A stretch of DNA of 64,000 nt, taken from Amphiscolops sp. MND2022 (Eukaryota). The stretch's first letter is position 1, and every line of letters begins with the position of its first letter. The notes under the pieces were generated by a model. It was given only the letters and a program-made list of their open reading frames with translations. It did no database searches and had not been told where the DNA came from. A program made the position numbers and the translations under genes. Positions 47,401-62,000 of this stretch are shown here, piece by piece. Location of the stretch: the NCBI GenBank assembly GCA_964187785.1, contig OZ076409.1, positions 55,802,001-55,866,000 on the forward strand, read 5' to 3'.

Positions 47401-49884
47401 TTCTCCAGTTTCATTCTGCGACCTGAGTTTGGCCAGCGATTTTCTGGCCTCTGCCGGGTTGTTTTTCTCAATGAGCATATACTGGGGGCTTTCAGGACAG
47501 AAGGGCAACATAATACATTGGAGCAGTCCAAAACACAGAGCCAACGTGAACAGATGCGGCCATAGATCTTAATCATGTTCACCTTTTGTGAATTTCTGGA
47601 CTTCTTAGTTTTACGATTCGCTGACAAACTTGTGGCGCAGTGGCAACTGCAAAATTCGAATTTGATATAGGTAATTCGATTGTTGATTACAGTGGACACA
47701 GCAGAATAATCATACTAACGAATAGTGAATAATACACTTTCTTTACTTTCTTTAGTTGGATTTGAACTTCGACAAAATCGAATATCAGCAGAAAAGTGGT
47801 TGTTTTTCAAGCTTTGGCCTCACGATTCAGCTCTTGCTTAATTGAGGAAGATTTAATAGATTATGCGAGGAACATATTTTGGGTCATTTTTGCCAATCGC
47901 CATCATGGACAATAAATGCAAGCAGGAAAAATGTTTTGTAACCTAGCTAGACCAGCGCTTAGTTGTTGAACAGTACAGTACTTGGACTGAAAAAAGCCTC
48001 ATTGAGTATTCAATTGTGTCCATTCTATTTTGACCCGACGATTACCTGTTCTAGTTTATTCATGACTTGCTTTTACTTTTAAACTGAGAATTCTCAAGAA
48101 TGTTGCTTCATGTATTGCCTTCCGAAAAGAGAAACGAGGGATTCATGTCTATCCATAGATCAAAATTTTTCAAACAGTTTTACGAGATTATAACAATCCG
48201 ATTTTAATCGGGCTTTCGTTTTGGTGTTGATTGGTTGTTTTTTAGGTCATTATCGTCTAATTATATCTCATGCAGTAGATATAGAAGAATGATGAACTTG
48301 GATCCAGAGCGATGCCAAAAGTCGAATGAATAGTCCTATTAATCAAACTCGTATGTTGAGTTCGAAGTGTTGTTTAGGTGTAACCATATAAAAAACCTCT
48401 GATATACCGTCAAAAGGGTAACTAGATGTTTCGAGACGAAAGCCAATGACAAACAACACCTTAGATCACAATTTGATTAATTTTTTGGAAGTAATTGAAG
48501 AGGGGTAATTTTGATGTTAACTATCATCCTGGTAATTAACCCATCGTCCTTGTAATTACTATCATTCAAATTAACCCCCTTGAATTTAGTAAGCTAATCA
48601 GCTAACTAGGAATCTACAAAAACTCGTCGAAAAGCAACTCGCCAAAAATATTATAGCAAAAATTTCGTCGGAAGTTACAGTAAATTTTTCAGCCAAGCAA
48701 AGTGCAGTGCTAATTTTGCGATCGTACTGTATTACGGACAAAATTATAACAGCGTAAATTATAACAAGACGAGAACGTCTAAAGTCGGCGCTATATCTAA
48801 GGATCAAAAAGCGCAAAACATTTTTTTGAAAAAAATTGAAATTTTCGAAAAACTATTTTCTTTCGGAAAATGTTGCACAGTGCCGAAAAATGTAAAAGGG
48901 ATTTATTAACATACATTCAGTTGCAAAATATGAAAAACCTCGAAGGGGGACCCTTTTGAGACATCAAAAAACTCGAAAAAAGTCGCACAGTGCCGATAAA
49001 ATCCAATGGGGAAACCTTTAGACTCGTCCGGTTTTGTAGGTTACCTTGAAAAAGTAGAAAATGAAAGGGGGACCCTTTGGACTAAGTTTTGCACTGGCCG
49101 GACTTGGCTTTAAATTCTGTAAAAAGTGGACCGATTAGTGTGAGGTCTGTGGTCTAAAGAAAAGAAAAGGTCACTGCTATAATTGGGAATTTTTCCTTAA
49201 CAGGAAAACGCGCCGACTAAAAATAAGACATTTCAGGCAATTATACAACGAGAAAAGCTATATTATGCGTAAAACTGAAAATTTCACACATGGAATAAGA
49301 ATAAATAATTCTAAATAAAATTTGTAAGAAGCGCTTTTCTGGTGGGTTACCAACAACCAATTGGTATTCAGTAACTTTTGGACAAGTTTGCTTATTAATA
49401 TTCGGCGAATTAATTTTCCACCCTTTAGTTTCGACGAGTTGCATTCGGCGAGTTGTTTTTGACAAGTTTTCCGCATACCGCTTCAACACATTAAAAAATC
49501 TGACTGCAAGCTGAATCCAATATTTAAAAGTTCTTGGTCTTTGAGTGTCCACAGTGACGCTATCAACAAAAAATGCCTAAGAAGTATTCTCTGCAACATT
49601 ACCAGAAAATTCAAAAACCTAGGTCTAAGGCTCAATCGAGGACAGCCTGGTTGAACAAATAATAAGCAGCCATGTGTAAAAAACGAACAATCGCGACTGC
49701 GAAATGAACACGATTGATAGACCTGGCCCACCCAGAATGGACTGGAAGCCAAGAATTTGGGCGACAAGGATACCAATGACAATTGTGAACTGAAAGGTAG
49801 TTCCTATTGCTCCCCGGATAGTTTTGGGCGATATCTCAGCCAAGTACATGGGGCACACTGAAGTTCCGATTCCGTTGTTGACTC
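29476..49884 (-). CDS. SLC2A/GLUT-like facilitated sugar transporter (MFS sugar porter), six 3' exons: 49884-49723, 47567-47423, 38772-38665, 38390-38137, 30315-30031, 29750-29476; 5' exons not found in the window
   Basis: Phase-compatible splice sites give PMYLAEISPKTIRGAIG, LPFCPESPQYMLI, QQFSGINAIIYYS, IDRLGRR, GVGAVPWLVAPELF, SRPKALAI, NWLCNF and KLPEVKGKPFDEI, which are sugar-porter signature motifs. Confidence 0.92.
32180..34645 (-). mobile_element. Cluster of nested Helentron/DINE-1-like elements forming a ~175-bp-unit tandem array
   Basis: Many copies of ctcacat(c/t)ccagtcatacgattttgatgcc. Hairpin termini ccagagccgca(t/a)(a/g)tgcggtaaaggagtc at ~32180, ~32513 and ~34012; opposite ends ttccg(a/g)ctccta at ~33410 and ~34580. 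Confidence 0.6.
35635..37410 (-). mobile_element. Internally deleted Mutator-like (MULE) DNA transposon
   Basis: Perfect 9-bp TSD ATTTTCTTC at 35626-35634 and 37411-37419. TIRs built from repeated gggacaaaacagccgattt units. Remnants of a FLYWCH-like N-terminus (SQKGKQLAVLDGYFY) and the MULE C-terminus (FLDYFEKTYIG, WSVYN, KTNNNVEVWN, HPSI) at 36208-37080. Confidence 0.88.
40428..46345 (-). mobile_element. Full-length but disabled Ty3/Gypsy LTR retrotransposon (5.9 kb) inside a transporter intron
   Basis: 197-bp LTRs at 40428-40624 and 46149-46345 with 3 mismatches, TSD TTTTC, PBS TGGCGCAGTC (46139-46148) and PPT ggaaggaggggaa (40625-40637). Coding: gag with two CCHC knuckles plus IIDSGS protease (44575-46113), RT WLDD (43577-44491), RNase H and integrase pieces split by frameshifts. 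Confidence 0.95.
48765..49225 (+). repeat. Short non-autonomous repeat with subterminal inverted repeat
   Basis: agtcggcgc (~48783) and gcgccgact (~49210) are reverse complements. Internal gcacagtgccga and gggggaccct motifs are repeated, with related motifs near 38970-39130. Confidence 0.35.
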
Positions 49885-51609
49885 CTAAAATAACAACAAA
49901 TATGGACAATCTTGTTCGTAAAAGTTATACATTATATCGGATATATCAAATCATACAACTTATTAGACACAACTTGAAAAGTTTCAAAAAGTCCAACCGA
50001 TGTAGGAAAAGAATCCTCAAACTTCTGACTTTCAGCATGACTAGCTAAGTCAAGCCACTAGGTACCCAGATCGAAACAATTCGTCAATCAAACTGACGGT
50101 CGAATTTTTTTGCAGAAAAGTGGACCTGGTTAAATCTAACATTTTTAAGATTCTCAAAAAAAAACGAAAAATGAAAAGCGCAAACCAAATCATTCTCACA
50201 AATAAATTTTATTCTCTCTGTGCAGAAGGATATGGCGCTGTTAGTTCTTGGCTAAATTATTTGCCTGTAATTAATTTTTAAATAATTCTGAAAGTATGTC
50301 AGAACAGTTTTTGTCTACATTTTTAAAAAACGGTAATTGTAAAAAATTTGACAGTAAACAGTTTCAGTTAAACGAATCATGCGATTCAAAAATGCAACCT
50401 CCATTTGATAAAAAAAAGGGTTAAAGCGGCCCAATTTTCTGCTTCTATGTTTGAAACTACTATTAATTATCAAGACGAAAGCCATTGATTAGAAATTTTT
50501 CACAAAACAAATAATGACTGGTTTCTGCTTTAATTTAGGCTCCAAAACCAAATTTCTAAACTATCATCGCGACATGCTTACGACCTTCAGAAATTGTCTG
50601 AACTAGTTGTTTTGCAGAGGACAGAGGATTGTAGACTAACAAACTCTAAACACTTGTCATTTACTTTGCTAGTTTGATGTTCGAGAACATATAACATTTT
50701 GTTAGATATAGAGATTAGGTGACGTTTAACGAATAGCAGTGTTTTTTATCAACAAAATTGAGGATCTTAACATGAAGCAGTAGCAAGACTTGTATTTACC
50801 AGTACTGGAAGTTTTTAACGACCCAGAATTCATGACAAACGCAATCAACGACATACAATTACCATATCAGCTAGATTCCGGCCTTGGCGGAAAGAACCTC
50901 TATTTTCCAAAAGAAAAGGTATGAGAGATTTCGGCATTGCATAAACGAAGCTACAACATTCCTATAAAACAGATCGTAATCGGTGAAATAACACCAACAG
51001 GAATCTAATGAAAAGAAAGAGCCAGGAATAATACAAGACGACTTCAAAGAGGATGCTGGGCCGTCAGTCTTTAAGAACATCACCAGAGCATCACTTAACA
51101 GGCACCCGGACCCAATTATAACGAATAAACTACTGCAACACTCATAGACTACTAAATGCTAAAGCGAAATACATACCATAGCCTTGGACATGCCTTCTGG
51201 GCCAAACAAGAATAAAACTAAACACCGGAAGAACATTGGCGAAAACTGGTAACACTGGAAAAAAACTACGATTTAAGAACTACAAAACTAAAGACCTGCT
51301 CATATCCAAATTCATCACCAACCCTAATGACAAAAAATTCTATGAAAAACTAAACAACATGGGGTATTCATCGATAAGGCAGAGATGTGCTTATCGACCC
51401 GAACGCCGGTGAAAATTTAAAACTTTACATACCCGCACAAGAAAATCAAAAAGTGAACCACCAAAAAAACGGGAAAAGATATCCAAATCGACTTCACGAG
51501 AAATATACATAAGAAACATTTTTACATCCTGCCCTTTTGTACTTGTAGTTGTAGACAAAAAAGCCGCTGGCTGGAGGACAAAGTTTGTGGCAGTAACAAC
51601 AGTGAAAAT

Positions 51610-53799
51610 CAGGGATGTTCAAAAATTAATTGCAATTAAATTTTTCTCGAATGTTTTTCGATACATTAATCGAAATCTTTTATTTTTTCGATTGATTAAT
51701 CTCGATTAACTGCGATTATTATTATATTGCGATTATTTAGTTCGGGAAATAAAAACATGTTTCCAACACCAAAATTATTTTCCTTTACAAACAATTCTTT
51801 TCACGGTATTCATATCCCCCAATGACTTGTTAAATTTCAGAAATATACGAAGCTCCAAATTCACTGGCAGCAAACGGCCTCGGATATCAGTCAAAACATA
51901 TCCCGCTGTACTGAAGAACCTCTCAGAAGTGTTAGATGTAGGGCGAAAAATTTTACAGTCGATATATGAGTTTTTTATCGATGGTCGTCGCTTTTTCTGG
52001 AGAATTTGTTTTGCGAAATTGGCTTCTGCTTCATCGTCTGGCTGAGTTGGGGACTGATTCTTTAGTTTCAACACCGACTCTTGTTCTCCAGTAGTTAATT
52101 CTTGATAGTTTTCATCCAGGATTTTGACCAAAGCTGATTCGAATGTAGGTGAGTGTAGAATAGTAGCAGTTGGGTCCAAGTATTTTTCGTCGTGGGAAAT
52201 CGTGTAATTGTGTCATCAAAAAAATATCGAACATCAGATAATGTAATCGATTCGTTTTGTAATATGGTATATCTGTCTCCACCCAGGGTTTTATTGAGTT
52301 TTTCGATTTCCTGGTTTTCATGGGGCGTTGGAAGTTGGTCTGCGAGTTCAGTTTCAAAATTATGCAAAAAAGAGTTTAGCTCCAAATACCGTTTTACCAT
52401 CTCAAACGTTCTGCTCCATCGGGTGATATTCCGTTGAAGTGGACGAAGATTAGTGGAAGTACGCAATTTTCAAGTTTTTCAATTTTCACATTAAAGCATT
52501 AATCTTGTCCAGTATGTATAATTTTGTCATCATCCAGAAATGATTTCACAGCCAGATTATATTGATGTGATGCACATCCAATCATTGGTACGCCCAAGTT
52601 AGTGCAAATACTCTTATTCGATGAGAATGGTTCGCAACAATGGTCAGCACGTCCTCTTGTATATTTCCCTTTTCGTTCTTGTCCGGAGCACAGGCAAATA
52701 CTGCAACAAAGTGTGTACTGCCTTTCGACCATCCGTCCATAAAAAGGACGAATGTATCTGCTAACTTTGTTTTGATCGTATCTTCTACTTTCTTGCCAGT
52801 TTCGGTCATATATTTAACCAAAGTGTTTCTCGATATTGGCTTCATATTAGAATACTTTTTCGTTTCTTGGTTCTCTACAATCGAAAATGGTTATAGTGAA
52901 GTTGTAATCCAGTCAACCCATACGTAAATGTTTGCATAAGTTGCTGTAGGAAATGAAATAACCCCTTGCGCAGGGCCTTCTTTTTTATAATTCCGTTAGT
53001 ATGGAAGGCATTATTGTGGTTTACCAAGTTTGTCCATCCACTACTTTGGATTTAGAAATTATGGCAGGACAGCTGCAACATTTCCATTTTCCGGCAACGC
53101 CAAACTCTTATTTTCAGGCTCTTCATTAAGCAAGCTAAGAGTGATGATATTCTGTGTTGTTTGCTGTATGCTACACGCACTGTATGACGGAGTGCCTGCG
53201 GGTGCAACTTCAATTCGTCGAACATTCAAATCGTCGAAAAATGCAAAGCTATTCAATTCGTCGAAAGAATTCCATATCAGCGATTATTTTCATTTGGTTA
53301 TATTTTGTGGCGAATAACATATTTGTTGTATGGCTCGGTCGCTTCGCTCCCTTCGCCAAGTAGCAACATTGAGGCATAGCCATATGGCACGTCGCTCCGC
53401 TTCGCTTCGCTCCTGCATTTAGGGCACTAGGGGTATGTGAACATATCTGACTACGTTATCGTAATTTTGAATGCTCGAATTTGATTGGCCGAAATCAATT
53501 CATTCCATTACGTCATACCATGGTCGCTCAATTAATACGTGTTCGACGAATTGAATGTTCGACGAATTGAAGAGTCCCCGTGCCTGCGAGCTGGAAATGC
53601 ATGAGTGAACACACACCAAACAAAATCGGAAAGCAAATCTTAGGGCGTCTTGATTTCTGATTGGCTGATAGAATTGGAATGACGCATAACAGAGGTAGTC
53701 TAATAATCGCAATTAATCGCATTTTTTAAAAGAATAATCGTTCTTTAAATTTTATTGGATTGATTAATCAATTGCCCGATTAACTGTTGAACACCCCTG
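51610..53799 (-). mobile_element. Decayed hAT DNA transposon
   Basis: TIRs cagggatgttcaa and ttgaacacccctg (12/13 match) with a degenerate 8-bp TSD gtgaaaat/ttgaaaac. Transposase fragments FMDGWS, GCASHQYNLAVK, ITRWSRTFEM and PTSNTSERFFSTAG (hAT dimerisation motif) are spread over several frames. Confidence 0.85.
53201..53579. mobile_element. Mutator-type MITE nested in the hAT element
   Basis: Perfect 9-bp TSD GTGCCTGCG at 53192-53200 and 53580-53588. TIRs are made of ttcaattcgtcgaaca repeats. Confidence 0.8.
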
Positions 53800-53860
53800 T
53801 TGAAAACCATCACGATCATTCTAGATGTTTATACAAGCGTATGTGGCGTACCGTTTTCAG

Positions 53861-54310
53861 CAGAGATTTGACGCTAATCGCTAGTAGCGCCGCTTTAGCG
53901 TTAGCGAGGGATTACATTAGCGGAAATTAGTTAGCGAAATACATATTATTTAGCGACCGCTTAGCGATGGCGTTTTCCTATTGATAAAGTTTCTATAACA
54001 ATGCTTGATTTTGCACCAAAGATTACATATATTTTATAAATTGTCTCTACATATACTGATTCCTCCCAAGAACTGTTATATATTATCATATTTATGTACT
54101 TTATTATGTTTTAAACATATTTTTACACAGTAAACAGTAATGAATTCTTTTTCGGATCGATTTTTAAACATAATAGGAATTGAACTTTTCACTATAGATT
54201 TTAATTAGCTTAGCGATTAGCGACTATCCATTAGTGAAGTTAGTGACTAGCGATATGTAATTAGCGTTAGTTAGCGATTAGCGAAAAAAAATTAGCGAGT
54301 CAAATCACTG
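53861..54310. mobile_element. hAT-type MITE with TTAGCG subterminal repeats
   Basis: TIRs cagagatttgac and gtcaaatcactg, 8-bp TSD gttttcag/cttttcag (7/8 match) and many ttagcg motifs. Confidence 0.75.
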
Positions 54311-56004
54311 CTTTTCAGATATCCATCTAGGGAGAATACCGAAATTACTGCAGCTCGCAAAAAAATTCCGCAATCAGTACCGCTCTTTTACATACTGACA
54401 AAGGACTAGTGAAAAGAACGATCCAATATTCGGAAAAACCAATTTTAGAAGATGGATGAGCACTCCGTGAATGTCAAAAATACATTTACGGCACAAAACA
54501 AATAAGAAAACAACGTTCGAACTACATTTCGGATGCACACCGAAATCCAAAGTATCCAATCTTCAGAGATTTTTTTCAGTTGACAAAAAGACTTTTATGT
54601 ATGCATGACCGGGAATTTAGTCCGAGAGAGCACCTACCGCGTCATTATGTCGAAAATGGAAAAAATGAGCGGCAATACAGAACAGCGAACACACACTTTC
54701 ACACAAACTGAGAAAGAGTCAATGACAGTAAGTGCGAGTAGAAATTTGCATTACTTTTTCATGAGGAAACCAATAAAACTCCTATCAAGAATGAGGACTG
54801 GTTAAAAAGAGGAAATAACAACCGAGGAACACGAGAAGACAAATTGCCTCAACCGTTAAATTGGCCGATAAACCCATCGACATGGACTTGAGCATGGTAT
54901 CAGACGACCAGTTCCACTGTTATTATAACAGTGACGAAAAACCAGTTCACACCAACATCGGAGACGAACTGCAAATACATGCCCGAGAAAACAAGAATTT
55001 TGCCTCGTAAACAGATATTATAGACAACGAACCAGCACTTCGGGTCGGAAAACCAAAACGATTGCCTTATACAAAACAAAACCCACAGACTCCCGCTATG
55101 TACCGGGATATTTTCCTCCTTCAATTGTCTAGCAGTAGACGCTCAATCGAAAATTTACCTCCTCTTTAGATATAACGTCCAAATTCGGATATAGTGCAAT
55201 ATTTTTGAAACTCCGCTTCCTCCGTATAGGAACACAATTAACTTCGGATATAACTTCAAAAGTTCGAATATAACGTGCTGAGACAAATGGGAGCGCTTAT
55301 TTTCGAAACTCCGCCTCCTCCAATATTAAATATAAGTAAAACGCAATATTAAATATTGAGTGGAATTGTCGCAGGCTGCCGCCTGTGACGGTACTTTAAT
55401 AACGACGACAGCGACAAGCCAAGAGACATTGCCCGGAACTTTGCCTACGTTTTGAGCAAGTATATTCTGTATTTCAAAACTTACTTTTAGTAACAATATT
55501 TGCTCTCAAACCATTACATTTTCCATTACGTTGCAGTTTATATTAGTCTGTTAATATTACGATTTGGGATAGGCCAAATCAGTTTGCTGTTGTATTTACT
55601 GTAGAATAGAATCAAAATGCAAGATTGATTTGATGCAATAACAAACAACAAGCAAGTTAATCGCGAGAAGGAAACGTGTTCAAGTGCGGAAACGCCCTTT
55701 CTCGGCGAGGTAACTTGCTGTACATTGTCAGCCAATCATATGGTTCCTTTTTGAACTATTGGCGCTTTTATTACATAATGGCCGAATAAGGCCTTTTGAC
55801 TTAACACAGTGCACGCCTGCTGGTACTTATGTCAAATGGCCGGTTCTGGCCAATTCATGCATTATAGTATTTTGTTGTCTAATTAAGCAAGTAATTACTC
55901 GGAGCTAACTTTCCAAGATTTGAAACTAAATTAAAGCATTTGTAACGCTTTAATGTCTGTACAATCTTAACCTAAAAAGATGGACGATTAAGGCCATCTT
56001 ACAA

Positions 56005-59000
56005 TGTCTCTTTGAAAGTTGTGTATTTTATGATTTTGGGCCCATTCCGGCCCTAACATGAAAGTGCGTTCTCATATATATTTGGATTGTATTGAAGCAA
56101 TATACACGTGATGATGCATTCCACTCTCAATAACTCGTGTCGGCACGTGCCTTTACTACACTCCGCTGTAAGGAATGTGAGCGGAGGCATTTGTTGACGC
56201 TTTGATATGATGTTTTAGTTAATAACTGATTTGATACTTCTGTCTTGATCAAATGACCTTTGAATGCCATTTCCTAAATGTCCCCTAATAATATGCAGTT
56301 GTCGGGACATTCTCTGTGAAGTAATAAATCACGTGATCCCATTTTTCTTGACTAGTTATGTAAAGTATGTGAATGTCATTCCCTCATGAGTATTTATACT
56401 GATACTCGGCCTGAGTGGGACCCAATTCATTTGAGACGCTACTAGTAAAGATTGAATTACAAACGGCTTCGCTGTTATTTTCCGTATCGAATAATTCATT
56501 GTTAATTCGGAACTGTTTCTATGCCTACTACTAGAAAACAGAAAAAGGCAAGAAAGTCAAGAGGACTCGAAATGCTGTCAGATATCGAGAACGTAGACAT
56601 TTTGTTAGGTGAAAATCACTTTAACGCAAGAGAGAGAGAAGGTAGTTTGAACAGTAACTTGCCTAGAAAGTCTAGAAGCTTCGCAAGCAATGAATCTGAG
56701 AATGAAAATGAAAATGTAGGTAGAAATCAGAGAAATGATCACTCTAGAACAAATACCGAATATGATCAAAATTCAGTTACAGCCAACTTTAGTGCTGAGA
56801 TTAACAGGTTGTCAAGTGAATTGAATTCCCGCATTTCACGGGAAATGGACGAGATGATGAATTCTGTGAGTGTTCAGATACAGAGGGCCATAAGCGACGC
56901 GATAAGCACTCAGGTACTTCCTCAAATCCAAAACGTTATTATGGCCGGATCGGGACAAGGGACCAGAAAAGGATGGGACGTTCCGGCTGAGAGACCGGAA
57001 CTGCCTTCCGAAGTTCAGCGAAACTTAAATGCAAAAAACAGCTTAAAAAATGAACAAGATGGGAACCAGTCAGACAATGATTTTCTTGGTTTAAATGTTC
57101 ATGACATAGTGACAGGAGACAACGAATCTCCAAATCCAGTAACTGAGTTTCTCACAGGACGTATCCCATCAAGAACTCATCTCAATCAGTCCTATGAGGA
57201 TATCAACCTTGACACGACGATCCCAGCTCATGAGAGAATTGCTACAGCTGCAGATCCTGACCCCATTACCAGATTGGCCGACGTCTTGACTACGATGCAG
57301 AATAGGCCTACGGCTCAACAACTCACAATACGCCCAGTCAACTCCAATACAATGACGTTCGACGGCAAGAGTGAGAAATTCGAGCTGTTCGAAGATCTAT
57401 TCCACACTATGATCAAGATGCAGCCAGAAATGACCGAGCAAATGAAAATTAACCATTTTCATTCACTGTTGAGGAAAAATGCTCTCCAGACGTTCAGAAA
57501 CACCAATTCGACAAATCGACAAACCCTCGAAGACCTACTAGTCATTTTCCGACGAAAATACGTCAAACCTGAATCACAGGCAACCGCCAAACATAAATGG
57601 CACCGCCTGATCTTTGACACCAATACGATGAAACTGCCTGATTTCCTTGAAGAATTGAATCAAGGGGAGAGAAAGCGTTTGGAGACCATGCGCAGAAAAT
57701 GATTGACAGCTTGCTCTACGCAAAACTGCCACCAAAACTGAAGCGGTCCGTCAACATGGCCAGATAAGAAAATGGCTCATACGATGAGATAGTTGCTCAT
57801 TTGGAGAGAGAATTGGAGCTTAACGCCCTCGAGGAGTCAGATGACCTACCAATGGCGACAATGACTTCCTCATCTGCCAAACCTAAAACTCCTCTGTCCA
57901 CTACGCAAATGTCAGACATCACTTGCAATTATTGCAAGGAAAAGGGCCATATGGTCAAGGACTGCGAAAAATTGAGAAAGAAGAAAGAGAAAGATGCCCA
58001 ACAAGGCAAACAAACGCAGAAAAGAACATATCCGGAGTGTGGCACTTGTGGCAAAAAGAACCACCCGGAGGAAAGATGTTGGCAAGGTGCCGGTGCACAT
58101 CTTAAGCCCAAACGCACTAGGCCCGAGGACTCAACTGACAATAAGCCCAACCCAAAGGCTCAGAAACCTCAGAACAAGCAAATATCATCAAGCTCTCAAT
58201 CCTCATCTTCTAACGATCAGTCAAAAAACTATCTTCGCCACGACTCTAATACAACGAACTAATATCTGTCCGACAACACATCAGATCGGACCCTCCAACG
58301 CAAACTTTTCATCAATACAATCAGCAATTGATGGGCTATCCCTCTGTTGTCTGGCAGCAGCAGATGGAAAAAGCCACCATCATCACCTACAATAATACCC
58401 ATTTGTTCCAGAAACCAATTCCTGTTTGGGATCCTGATTATACAACTACCTTTACAACCCGGTTCAGGCCCATTCCCCTGATCGATGATTACAATCCAAC
58501 ATACATCGATCCAGATTATGGCAGAGATCCCTATTGGGACACCGAGCTTTACAACCAAGATCTACTGCAATTTCAATAAGTCCTAGACGATATTGACCAC
58601 TAAAACGGAACAGTCCACGAGAACCCTCCAATTACCCATAACAAGAAAACACGAGCACTAATCGAAAACTGGCAAATGAATGATTGTACAAACCATCCAG
58701 TGTTCCCAAACCCATTGGGGACCGAAAATCCTGAAAACAGTGGTGAATCCACGCCACAATCATTATTAGACGAAAAACAGTTCCAAAATGTACTCATCAC
58801 CGGAGACGGTGAACCAGACTAAATACCTCTGTCAACCAACATTAACCTCAAATGCAAGAAACGCATGCTTTATTTCCCAATGGACTTTGGTGAACTGACC
58901 ATTGATGGATTAATAGACACTGGGGCACTGTCCAGTGCAATCCCTGAAATGGACCTCCGGAAAATCCGCCTCCTATCTGCACAATCTGTTATCCGAGAAG

Positions 59001-62000
59001 GTCCGCCTCCGAACTTCCAAATCATGGTCGCTAATTGGCAACTGGAAAATCCTAAGAGTACCATAGAGCTCAAATTCGAAGTTGGTGACATTGAGTTCCA
59101 TGAAATCTTTATAGTAATGGAACATTTGACAGGACCGATCATTGGACTAATGTTCCTTCAGAGAAATCATACAGTCTTGGACATGAGACAAGGAATCCTG
59201 AATTTCCCGTTCTTTTCAATGCAGCTTAAAACAGCTGATCACAAATACTCAAATGTCCTAGAACCAATTCTCAACCCTACTGAGATAACCATTCCACCAA
59301 ATGATAGAGTCCTAATCAGGACCAACTCCTTACTGTACCCTGAGAATGCGGTTACTGGGATTTTGCAACCGAGCGACCTTCTACATGAAGAAGGCGACAT
59401 CACATTTTGCCCAGCCTTGGTCACTCTGAATGATGGCAATATAATGATACCAGTGAACAACTTCACAGACCACCATTACAAACTCAAAAGGGACTTCATA
59501 TTGCCAATTTCTCAGTCATGACGCCAGAACAGATGAAATATGTCAAACCGGTAGATCCTGCATCCACCTGGCATCTCTTACAAAATGACCAAAAGCAGGC
59601 AGCCCACTATGTCAGCAGTCTCATCAAGACAAACAGAAATCCCAAAATTCTGAAAATTACTGGTTCCCAACTCCAGAAATTCCTGGAAACCCCGAGGAAC
59701 ACACTCCAATACAGAAACGAATCCTACGAGCATTACAGGCCTTACAGGTCCTGGAGACGCTCAACCCCACCAAAGATGAAGAATCTCGTGCAAAATTCCT
59801 AGAAAACTTTGATTGGAAAGACTCCACCCTTACTCCTGAAGGAGAAAATTGAAAAATTATTAGTGGAATACCATGACATCTTTGCACGACACAGATTTGA
59901 CATAGGCATGAATGAGGAATTCAAGGTGAAATTGACACCTAAGGACGATTCCCCAGCCCATAGCCAAAGCCTACCAGCCCCCATCAACCTGAAGTAGGAC
60001 ATCCTAGTCGAATTGGCCATGTTACACAAATATGGCATAATCACTACCCTACCATTCTCGAAACTTGCGAGTCCAATATTCGCACAAAAGAAACCGAATG
60101 GAAAACTCAGACTCTTGGTTGACTTGAGAAAAATCAACAACCTCATATCCGATGACTATATAAACAATAATCACCCTGTCAGTACCTTAGTTGATGCCGC
60201 CCACCACTTGGCGGGCAAGAAACTGTTCTGCAAATTAGATTGTTCGCAGGCATACCACTGCCTGCCGATGGCTGACCAACGATCGATTGAAATGTTGGCT
60301 TTCAACTTTGCCAGTCGCATATTTGCTTACAGACGTTTGGCACAAGGCCTTAGCTGGGCCTTCTCCGCATTTTCGAGCTTTATGAGGGAATACCTTGACA
60401 AAGTCATTAAAGCGGGTCAATGTGCCCAGTACGTGGACGATATCGGCATCGCAGCTAATGATGCTGACCACCTTATAACTAACCTGAGAGCAACCTTCAA
60501 GTGCATTCAGGAAGCAGGCCTTAAATCAACAATGCATAAATGTCACTTCGGTGCAAAAGAAATTGATTTTCTCGGACGGACAATTACCCCACAAGGCGTC
60601 AAACCCCAGAAACAGAATGTACAAAACTTTCTCCAAAAAACCAAATTCCCAAAGTCGAAAAAGGCTTTGCAACGCTACTTGGGATTCTTGAACTACTACA
60701 GAAATTATGTCCCAAGACTTTCAAAACGCCTTGCTCCATTCTACAAGATGCTGAAAAGTGACGAAATGGTCCTAGTATCGGAAGAATTTGTCCAACAATT
60801 TGAGGAGATCAACAAAGCACTCGACAAATGTTGCGACTTGGCCTTACAGCAACCCATTCCGAACAAGCAAATCGCACTAATGACTGATGCAAGTTTTGGT
60901 GCAGCAGGATACGCGGTCTTAATCGAAGATGACCCAAACTAGAAATTTACGTCACTCAGGAAATCGTATGCACCGGTCGCGTATGGATCAAAAACCTTCA
61001 CCCCAGCACAGATCAAAATGTCAATCTATGATAAAGAATTTCTGGCAATTTATTTTGCATTCAAAGAATTCGGACATATCTTCTGGGGTGCGCCGAAACC
61101 AGTCATCATCCTTACGGACAACAAAGCTGTCACGAGATTTTTCCAAACGAAAATAATACCCCCAGCACTGTGGAACGCATGTGACTATGTTATTCAGTTC
61201 AATTTTGTCATAGCGCACATCCCGGGGGCACAAAATACCGCTGCTGACTATTTGTCCCGATTGGAAGCAGATCCGAAGGACAAATTGGTGATGAAAATTC
61301 GCGAAGATGTACAAACACTACCAATCGAAATCAATGTCCAATCCGCAGGGGTGTCACAAGAAGAACAAATCTTCTACACCAATGACGACGATGAGACAGA
61401 AGAACAGTATTGGGCAAGAAAAGAAGCAATCAGGAAAAATCCACCAACTGATGAGCCCACTGTTACTATACAAACTGTTAACAAATCTGGTCAAGCAACA
61501 CCCCGATATACAAGTCCGATTGAGGAAGACGAACCAGATCATTATCGAGCAATCCAAAGATGCGGTACTACAACAATTGAAAGCAAAACTGCTTCATGAA
61601 GAGTATTCAGAAAATCTACTGCACCTGGATGCCCGATACAGACATTACGCAAACAATCTGGAACGAATTGTACTCAAGGACGAAATCCTGACAAGGCAAT
61701 ACTTTGATGAAACAGGGAACGTTTAATACCATCAAATTCTGCTGTCGCAACATTTACTCCAGGAATTGCTTCAGTCTCTTCACGGGACAGCGCACAAACA
61801 CCCTGGTATCTCAAAAATGTTGCAGGAAATTCGACAGAGGTATTACTACCCTAACATGGCTAAACACGTCAAAAAATGGGTAGAAGGGTGTGAAGAATGT
61901 GCAAGGGACAAACGAGTCCCCAACGCAACAATTACGCCTGAATTACTCAACTTGCCCGAATGGGACCTTGGACCTGAGGACGCCATGCAGATCGACCTAT

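Larger units (their letters stand above)
50850..55130 (+). pseudogene. Highly degraded Gypsy relic interrupted by DNA transposons
   Basis: Integrase-like remnants IQIDF (~51481) and LVVVD..RW (~51542) resume after the hAT insertion (~53800-53853). They resemble the 40428-46345 element. Boundaries are approximate. Confidence 0.4.

Noticed and set aside
55538..55735. Possible upstream exon of the sugar transporter
   Set aside because: No MFS motif or convincing phase-compatible splice sites; the 5' exons probably lie beyond the window.
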